Assembly: GCA_040954595.2 (NCBI GenBank) | Contig: CM082577.2 | Span: 13,275,903 to 13,339,902 of the forward strand | Direction: 5' to 3' | Source: Balanoglossus misakiensis | Lineage: Eukaryota; Animalia; Hemichordata | Length of the DNA: 64,000 nt | Made by a program: the position numbers and the translations under genes | Shown: positions 55,450-64,000 of the stretch, one piece after another | Layout: each line of letters starts with the position of its first letter | Numbering within the stretch: position 1 is the stretch's first letter | The notes under the pieces: generated by a model | Databases searched by the model: none | Told to the model about the DNA's origin: nothing | Seen by the model: only the letters and a program-made list of their open reading frames with translations

Positions 55450-57300
55450 CCACACCAACCTAGCTCTGTCACTTCCAATCACAAATCTGCTTACACATAT
55501 GAAGACCATGTTGATAATAACACTGCCAAAGAAAATCCATTTAACAGTATAATTGGCCAATTTCAAGGTTTGCCATTTGACAAACCCATCGTTCTTTCCC
55601 CATTGCTTACAGTCGAGAAAAAAAGATTTCACAGACAGGAGGGGTGTGGTGAATTTGATTTACCCACTGGCCATTCTGTGAATGATGGCATCCCTACTGA
55701 CACCTATTCGGACATACCCAGGAATAGACAAGATGGCTGACATTATCAGAAAGAAGTGTTAAGGTTGAGATCCCCCTGATTACGTTTTATGAAGTTATTG
55801 GAGAAATACGTCGCATTTTGATTTGAAAATGTTGTTTAGATTGTGCACAGCATCAATGGCTTGTAAGCGAACAACCAAGATCTTTAAGGAGGAGACCGGG
55901 GGACTGCATTAACTATCTTGGCGATTTCGAGGGAGGTGAGTGCCCTGAAGAGGCTAAACCAGCCTTCTCCTATTCAACCAACCTGCTTCAGAGCAGAAGG
56001 CTTGATGAATCAAAAGAGAAAGCCTGTCCACCAGCACCAGTCATGGTTTTCTTAGGCCGCAAGTTTGACACAATAAATATGACCATCAGTGTACGTGAAG
56101 ATAAAGGCAAAACAACACTTAGCGGCGTGGTTGTCAAGGAAACGAACAACCAAGCGAAAGCTGTAATCTCTCATCGGCAGGCTATCTTATTTCGCTGGCA
56201 GGGTTTTCGTTTCTCGGTTGTTGGACACCCTTCCCAAACTCAGGCGTAATCACCACCATTTCCACATAAGCTCAGAAATGTAAAAATGCATAAAGTGGTG
56301 GCTAAAATCTTAGATGATTGGAACAGTACATCATTTATACTCGACTTTTTGGTGCTGGGGGGCACATACCTGAATGAATACTTTCATTGTCATTTTCCAG
56401 AACATGTACGCAGCTCTGAGTTCCACATCAGCTGTTTAGAAATGGTGACTGTGGCCATAGCATGCATATTGTGGGCTGACCAACTGATTGGTCGTAGGTT
56501 GATTATCAGCGCGATAATGAAGCCACTGTCAACGCCGGCTGCACACGAGATCACATGAAACATCAATTCCAAATCAAAGCAGTGCATCTCCCTGGCCCAG
56601 AAAATAGGGTGACGGACGCCCTTAGCCAATGGGAGCTCAATAGCAGCAGTCGCCATCTTTTTGTGAAGCTGACTAGAGGCCGAGACAAGAGAAATCATCA
56701 CATTGATGACAATTAATTTCAGTTTAAACCACAAGTGGTAATATCTCTGACGGACCTTTCCAGAGGAGCAGAAGCAAAAGGAATAGCTTGCTTGAATCAG
56801 AAGTTGCCAGCCACCCTCTTAGCTGTATACACCGAGAATTCTGTGCGAAATTTTGATTCTGTAGTGGAATTACATTTGGACCCCCGGATGACTGGCAAAC
56901 GGAGTCGGTTGCCCAGGGCGACAGCCAGCCAGGACCGAGGAATGCGGAGCATGGGGATCTGACTGACAGAAGCGGCACCAATGGATGAGGCCGATAGCAG
57001 TGTGGGCGGACCTGGGGAAAGCACGCCGTTTCGACGAGCTGGAGACCCAACAGACCGAATTGTACCTGATCTATATCAAGACGTAAGTAAATATCCTTGC
57101 TACTGATAAGCTTTCACTTATAATTCTGTCTCACCTTTCTATAGCGGTTAAGATAGTCGTTCAGTACTTAGTAGTAGTTAATATAGGCATCGATCGCTTT
57201 GTGTAGGTAGTATATACACGGTCGGTGCAACCGCGAGTAGTACTTTCCCCCCGAAGGGCGAGTATTACTTTAATTCCCAGTGGAAGACTTACCTTATCCT
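55450..57300 (+). mobile_element. Degenerate DIRS/Ngaro-type retrotransposon remnant (RT-RNase H)
   Basis: GQFQGLPFDKPIVLSPLLTVEKK, GHSVNDGI, INYLGDF (YLDD-like), EKACPPAPVMVFLG..FDT, HISCLEMVTVAIACILW and TDALS, with many stops and frameshifts. Boundaries are approximate. Confidence 0.75.
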
Positions 57301-57494
57301 TTGCCTTCATTTTGGCGTGACACCAATTCCAGCATCTCCACGAACAATTGTTTTATTTAAACCATGTCAGAAACTGTAAGTACACAGAAGCAATACATGA
57401 ACGCTGCAAGACTTTTGCATGAGTGTAATGGATTTGATGGGCAGATAGCCCAGTCACCCTAATTTACCACGTTTAACACAAGGGATTTCCCCTA

Positions 57495-60400
57495 TAGTGC
57501 AGTATGGTATGTCATGAAAAACAGCTCCCGTAGGATTTTTGTGCTAAAATTGATTTTTTTTGCTGTTTTGGCTTCTATGGGGACCCAACTACCCGAAAAT
57601 GATGGGGTGCAATTTTAAGGGCCCCTCCATCATATTTTTCTGGGGGGGGGAGGGGGTACTGTCGTTTTGTGATATGATGTGTATTCCCGTTGGATTTTGT
57701 GCTAAATTTGATTTTTTTGCTGTTTTGGCTTCTATGGGGACCCAACTTCCCAAAAATGATGGGGTGCAATTTTAAGGGCCCCTCCATCATATTTTTCTGG
57801 GGGGGGTACTTCCGTTTTGTGATATGATGTGTATTCCCGTAGGATTTTGTGCCAAAATTGATTGTTTTGCTGCTTTGGCTTCAATGGGGACCCAACTACC
57901 CCAAAATGATGGGGTGCAATTTTTAGGGCCCCTCCATCACTTTTTTTCTGGGGGGGGGGTACTCCCGTTTTGGCCCCCGAAGATATATATTCACCTACTA
58001 TCTACTCCATTTTCGTACAATTTTCTGCTAAAGAATTTTTTTGCTGTTTTGACTTAAACAGGCATCCACCTGGTCACAAAAGATCACATGCAAAGTTTAG
58101 GGCCCCTCTATTACATTTGTGTTGATCTAACCTTCATAGTGTGATATGTGTATTTGTAAAGGATTTCTTCCAATTTCCTTTTTTTGTTTCAACTTCTATG
58201 GGGACCTATAACTAACTGCTCAAAAATGAGGGAGGTCAAATTTTAGGGCCGCTCCCCATTTTGGGAATCTCAAATATAAGACGGTTTATGGGGTAAACAT
58301 ATCAGTTACCTACATTTGTATCAGTTGTCGCATATACTACAGCGCTATGTTAGTTTTATAAATATACTGAGCTGATTTATGACACTAACAAATCAACCAC
58401 AAATATCTCTCTGGTTTGGACTTAGCATAAGATACCTCCCCTCACCTTGGACCACCACCAACTCATCACCATCATGTTTTCTATGGTTTACAAAAGTATA
58501 GTGTACTAGGCTATACCAAATAGTATAATATATTAGGGTTACTCTTTTTTCTCTTTCCCGGGGCAATTAGTGAAAGTCTGTGTAGATGTGAACTTTTCTT
58601 TGAGAGTTGTTTCGTAGCACAATCAATGTCTGAGATATTTACCATTGTACCAAAATTCTCACCGACATCAGTCTGTGCATTTTGTAAATTCTAACCACTC
58701 TGATAAACATAAATAAGCAAAACCTCTGAAGTATGTTTTAGTTCAACACTTGTTTTTTAGGGTATTAAAACGATATTCAGTTGAACTCACTTCAAAGTTA
58801 AATACTGTCGTAAATAAAGCCTGTGAAGTACATATCAGTTCGAGATATTGTGTATTTTAAAGTAGTATTTTCAAAATTTTCACGCCAATAGCGTTATAGT
58901 GCTGTAAAAGGCCCTTGAACTATGTCTTACTTCTAAAACTTGTTTTTGGTAAACATTAACAATATCAAATTTGGCTCATTTAGAAGATCAATACTACTGA
59001 AAATAAAACAAGTCTGTGAACTACATCTCAGTTTTATTACTAAATCTTGGTATTTTTTCAGTTTAGCTTTCAAGAATAAAATATTCTTGAGGCTGATACG
59101 TATTTGCTAGTTTCTTAGCACCGTACGTTCCAGATCGATAGCTATTTGGACATTTTGCAATAATAGACTACAGAATTAATATGTCAGATAAAAACAAGAT
59201 TTGCGTGATCTGTGAAAAGGGTGCCACCCCAACCAACCGTCTGGTAAACAATCTGGCAATGATAACTGACCTTCGTCAATCTTGCCGTGAAAGAGTGTCT
59301 TTGGGTGAAAGTGACTTTCAGCAACTGGCTGACAACTTGTCTGGCCTGAATGAACATGAACTGAAGAATGTTGATTATCATAGTGAGTGTCGCAAACCTA
59401 TTGTAAACAAGACTTCAATAGAACGTCTCAGGGGTAGGCAATCCCAACCTTATACACCTAAATATTTTGGGCAAAGGCCTGGACGCTCTTCTAGTACTAC
59501 AGGGCCTGATCGACCTAAGCGATCAAAAACTGCCCCGAAGGAAGAAGTGTGTCTGTTTTCATCCTGTGATTTCTGTCCCACAGCTAGTCTAGAGCCACTG
59601 CACCGCGTTTTTTCTGATGCAATGGGACAAACACTTATTGAGATAAAACTACACACTAAGAATGACCAAGTCAGAATCAGAATAGCAGACTCAGAAGATG
59701 CAGGCGATGCTTCAGCTTTTGAAAAGTATTATCACAGGACATGCTTGCGAACTGCACAGCGCACTTCCATAACAAAGACAGATCATGAAAATGTGTCACT
59801 GATTCGCGCATTATGTGATGAGCAGTTAATCCTTGCTATTAAAAATACTCTCACAGACAACGATGTTACACTCAACATGGCCCAGGTCAATGATGCGTAC
59901 TTGTCGATGTTAAAAAGATACCACACTGACGTTAATGAGACTACAAACTATCGGAAATATCTGAAAAAAATAATCAGTGAGAGACTTCCAGAAATTCATT
60001 TTGTCAGGTCATTGCGACGAAATGAGCCAGATAGGCTTGTCCAATCAACTACAGTTAGTAAAGCTGTTGACCTCAGGTTTTCCATGCTGGATGATGGTGA
60101 GAAAATAGGCAACCTAAAGAGTGTTGCTAACTTACTGCGACAGGAGATGATGGAAAATCGAAGTTGGTCATTTACAGGTACCCTCAATAACTTTGAGAAT
60201 CCCTCTTTACTTCAATTCTTCCTGAGTCACCTTCTGTTTGGCGATCAGGCGGTCAAACTTCTTGGAATCCGAGATGAAGAAGTGGACAAAACTGTTGATG
60301 TTGCATGCCAGTTTCTAATCCAGAACACTCGAAGTGATCGGCAGGTGAATCATCAGTCAAAGAAAGATAAAGCCTTTAAACAAAATGTCCAAACACCCCT

Positions 60401-63400
60401 CTCAATAGGATTGCCCCTCGCTATCCACTCCAGAGTGCATGACAAGAACCTTGTCCAGAACCTCTTAGATAAGATATCTACATCGGAAGTGACTACCTAA
60501 AGATAATTGACCTAGAAAAAAGAATTGAGCAGGCTGTTCTTCAAAGAATGAAGGTTGCTGGTGGTTTTTGTCTCCCAGATTTCGTGAAAAGGGGCAAGAA
60601 CATCTGGTTTTCTGTAGACAACATCGATCTTTTAGAAGACACACCTACTGGACAGCAAACCTTTCACGGGACAGTTGTTGTTATCAACCAACAGGCTGAA
60701 AGTGGAGAGCCAATGAATGAGCCACTTGCAATACCAGAGAAACTTCTGTCAGAGACTTTGCTGGAACTTGAAGTGGATTTGTTGCAAGAGCCACTGATCA
60801 TACTCAGACCTCTGAGGTTTGAAAGCTCCACGATAGGAAAGAGAAGCAACCTCATATCAAAAGACTATACTCACACCTGGGCACTTGCAAACTACCTTGC
60901 AACTGAGGATGGCACCGGGACAGCCTTGACGGCAGCTCATTTCCATGACGAAAACCCTGAAGATGTGCCAAGTCATGCTGAGTCTTCAAATGGTAGTGAT
61001 TTTGATTGCTCCATCCTTTCGACCAAACAAAAGACTCTTAAATCAATTAAATTGGCAAAGGAAGAGATAATGCCAACTTGGGCTGCGACAAAATCCTTCT
61101 TGTTATCAAACTCCTCCCACAATGTCACACGTACAAATACAGCAGTCGTTGCTCCATTGTTTAAGACTTCGCCAACAGATTACAGGACACTTTATACCGC
61201 TCTGATGTTAACTCAGGGTGTCTCTGCTGCAGTTGTCGGTCCTCAAAAAAGGACTGTGATAACACTAGATCTTGACCTTTACTCCCGTGCATTGAAGATT
61301 CAGCAATCAGTAAGGAATACCAATTGGATCCTAAGGGCTGGAGCCCTCCATATTGCATTTGCTGCCCTGCATGCCCTAGGTAAAACAGTAGATGGCAGTG
61401 GGCTTGATACTTGTGCAATTGAGAGTGGGGCATACACGTCAGCAGCTCTCCGTGGGATTTTTGGTGGCAAATCCTACAAGCGAGGAATTGAGTACCACAT
61501 CAGTACCAGTCTTGCAATCATGTTGTTGCGTTTTGATGCCATCTTGCCGAGCAGTTCCCAAGGTCCAGTTCGTAGACAGTGTATTGCTCTCAAGGAAAAA
61601 CTCCATCAACATAACCCGGAGATGGTAGAACTCTTTGAAGGAGTCCAATCCTGGTACTCAGAAAACATCAAGCCAATCGAAGATAATACTGCTAATGGTG
61701 AGTTCGCTCAGTTTTTGACCCAGTATCTACACCAGGTCGAGAGTCTTCTTCACTTCATCAGCTGTTGTCGCTCAGGTGACTGGGAAGGCTATCTCTCCTC
61801 ATTAGAGAACCTCATCAAGTATTTCTTTGCTCGGGATCTCCTAAACTACGCCCGTCTAATGCCAGTCCATCTTGCTCAAATGAATGCTCTTGAGGAGGAT
61901 GACCCAGAAACATGGAATGCATTGACTTCTGGTGCTTTTGTTGTCGCAAAATCAGAGATACCCTTCACTCATCTCTTCACAGACCAAGCTCTCGAACAAG
62001 AAATCAAGAAGCTTAAGGGCCATGGTGGTATGGTTGGACTCACTCGAGATGAAGCTGCTCTTGACCGATTAGTCACAACTACACCATATATTGCTGGTCT
62101 AGTGAATGAGTACCTTGGCAGTTTCCCAAAAGCTTCCAGATCTTCTGAAAGGAAAGAACATTATCAGCTCTCGGGTGAAGTTGCAATAAGGTCAAGAGTA
62201 TTTTCTCTAAATCTACGTCAGCTGATCGAGTTGCACTGTGGTGACAATCCATTCAAAGTGGAAACACCACTGAAGAATCTGGCTTCATCTGCACTTGTGT
62301 CAAATGATGCAAAGAATGACATTCTGCAGTTTGCAGAAAAGGGTCAAAAGCGTTTTGAGGAGTTCGTTTCTGAACGATTGATATCTTCATCAACTATCTC
62401 AGTGTGGGACAAAATGAAAAAAACTTAAGTTGAAGACTTTTTCAAACTGGATGGAGAAAAGCAAAGTGCGTGTCGGGGACAAGGTTATAAAATTGCGTGA
62501 GGAACGTTAATTGCTTGGAAGATTTCTCATTATCCAAGGCAGCCGACCAAGTTTAGTTCCTAAACTCGAGGAGACAATTGGAGAATATGAGATGTCAATG
62601 ACACCCCGTTCTCTGTGTGCTGTTTATGATACACTGTATATCCCAACAGACAAAGCCAGTTTTATGCATGCAGTTGAAGATGCTAAGGCAGAACCCTGTG
62701 AGGATGTCATACAGCCTGATATTAATCCAGACAATCCTTCAACTACGCCACTTCCAGACCAGGTTCAGAATGATTTATCTCCCAGAGTTCTAATAATAGA
62801 CGCCATGTGTGTGCTTCAGAGTATGAAAAAGACACCAACTATGATGAAGATGCAGGATCTACAGAACGCGTTTCACAAACGCATTGAAAAGATGATGATG
62901 GGATATGATGAGGGCCGAGTTGTGTTTGATAGGTACATGGACCAATCATTAAAGAATAAGACTACACAGAAGAGAGCAACAACATCTGTAGAATATCAAA
63001 TTCATCCAGAAATGAAGTTCACCATGACATTTAAAGAACTTCTATCTGCATCGTCAACCAAGAGACAACTGACATGTATGTTAGCCGAGGGACTCATCGA
63101 ATATTTCTCAAAAGACAGGTACAACGCTTTTCTGATGGTTGTTGTATATGATACCTTCATCAAGGGACATGGTTTTACAGAAGTTCACTCACATGAAGAG
63201 GCTGACACGCTCATTCCTCATCAAGTCATTGCTTCTGCTGCTAATGGTGCCTCACGAGAAATATGTGTGTGGTCATTCGACACTGATGTCCTCCTGTTGC
63301 TAATTGATTTAGTGTCTTGTGGACGGATTGGAGCTCCCACCTCATTGAAATTTTCAACAGGCAAAGGTACAAAGAAACGTGAAATAAATATATTCGAACG

Positions 63401-64000
63401 AGTTCAAGTTATTGGACGTAACAAATGTCAAGGACTTCTTGGACTCCACAATTTTTCTGGTGCTGATTGGGGAGGAAAATTTCTTCGAATCTCCAAAAAA
63501 CATGGGTTAACACCTACCTGAAGCTTGATGATGAGGACTTGGTAAAGCTTCTATTCATCCTGAGCTGGTCAGTGGTGACCTTCCAGCATTGGTGAAGCCA
63601 TTGGAACATTTTGTATGCCGTGTTTACAGTTCAACAGGTCCAACAACCCTGCCATCACTTAGATGGGAACTATTCCGGTCAAAGAATTTGGAAGGAGAAA
63701 TGCTACCTCCAACTCGTGCTTCATTATTGCCTCATATACTCCGTGCCAACTACATCACAGTGAGGGATAAATCATACACAACAAATTGTCCCAAACTTCC
63801 ATCAATCGAAAAGAATGGGTGGAAATCGGAGAATGGCGTGTTTTATCCAGTAAAATGTCTTGCTCTCCCTGCACCAAAGGCAGTACTAGAGCTTATCAAA
63901 TGTGGCTGCAAAGCAGGTTGTAGGGGACGTTGCAGTTGCTCAAAGAGTGATTTACCATGTACTCCCCTCTGCAAATGCTATGGTGGAGACTGTGAAAACC
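57495..64000 (+). mobile_element. Academ DNA transposon (formerly autonomous); right end outside the window
   Basis: 5' TAGTGCAGTATGG terminus nearly identical to that of the 15100 element, ~150-bp subterminal tandem units and a long transposase region. Confidence 0.9.
59181..64000 (+). pseudogene. Academ transposase (DDE-like Academ domain, XPG/PIN-like domain, C-terminal Cys-rich finger), disrupted
   Basis: Motifs VDNID..EDT.TG..TFHGT, TLDLDLY, LRAGALH, NYARLM, DQALEQ, IIDAM, VVFDRY, HEEADT, DTDV, LPPT and CGCKAGCRGRCSCSKSDLPCTPLCKC. Lesions: AGATA duplication at 60467-60476, +A near 62420, in-frame TAA at 62508-62510, -A near 63500, and a probable deletion near 63540. Confidence 0.9.

Overview
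Animal genomic DNA with GT-AG introns, many microsatellites and a DNA-transposon/LINE landscape typical of marine invertebrates. A hemichordate or other invertebrate deuterostome is a guess, not something the sequence proves. Host genes read by hand: (1) a multi-exon M17 leucyl-aminopeptidase-like gene (minus strand, running off the left edge); (2) a complete secreted proteinase-K/subtilisin (S8) gene (minus, 37060->20597, 19 coding exons, about 1008 aa) whose C-terminal half is ten near-identical 162-nt phase-1 exons, each encoding an 8-Cys hevein-like domain, plus a final 6-Cys DGxCDDGG module; (3) an intronless membrane-anchored HxxxDG acyltransferase; (4) a collapsed GPCR pseudogene and orphan C-type and F-type lectin exons. 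Mobile DNA: a CR1/L2-group LINE inside the exon array, a decayed Academ transposon with a non-autonomous derivative, Harbinger-type MITEs, Helentron-type elements, a DIRS/Ngaro remnant, 20-36 bp palindromic insertions, and Crypton-like hairpin elements. Most notable: the growing and shrinking hevein-exon array; two copies of one hairpin element whose IR-bounded arm lies in opposite orientations (flip/flop); and a 3.2-kb duplication with an inverted templated insert whose breakpoint falls at that hairpin's loop. Coordinates were counted manually and may be off by a few bases. No database searches were run.
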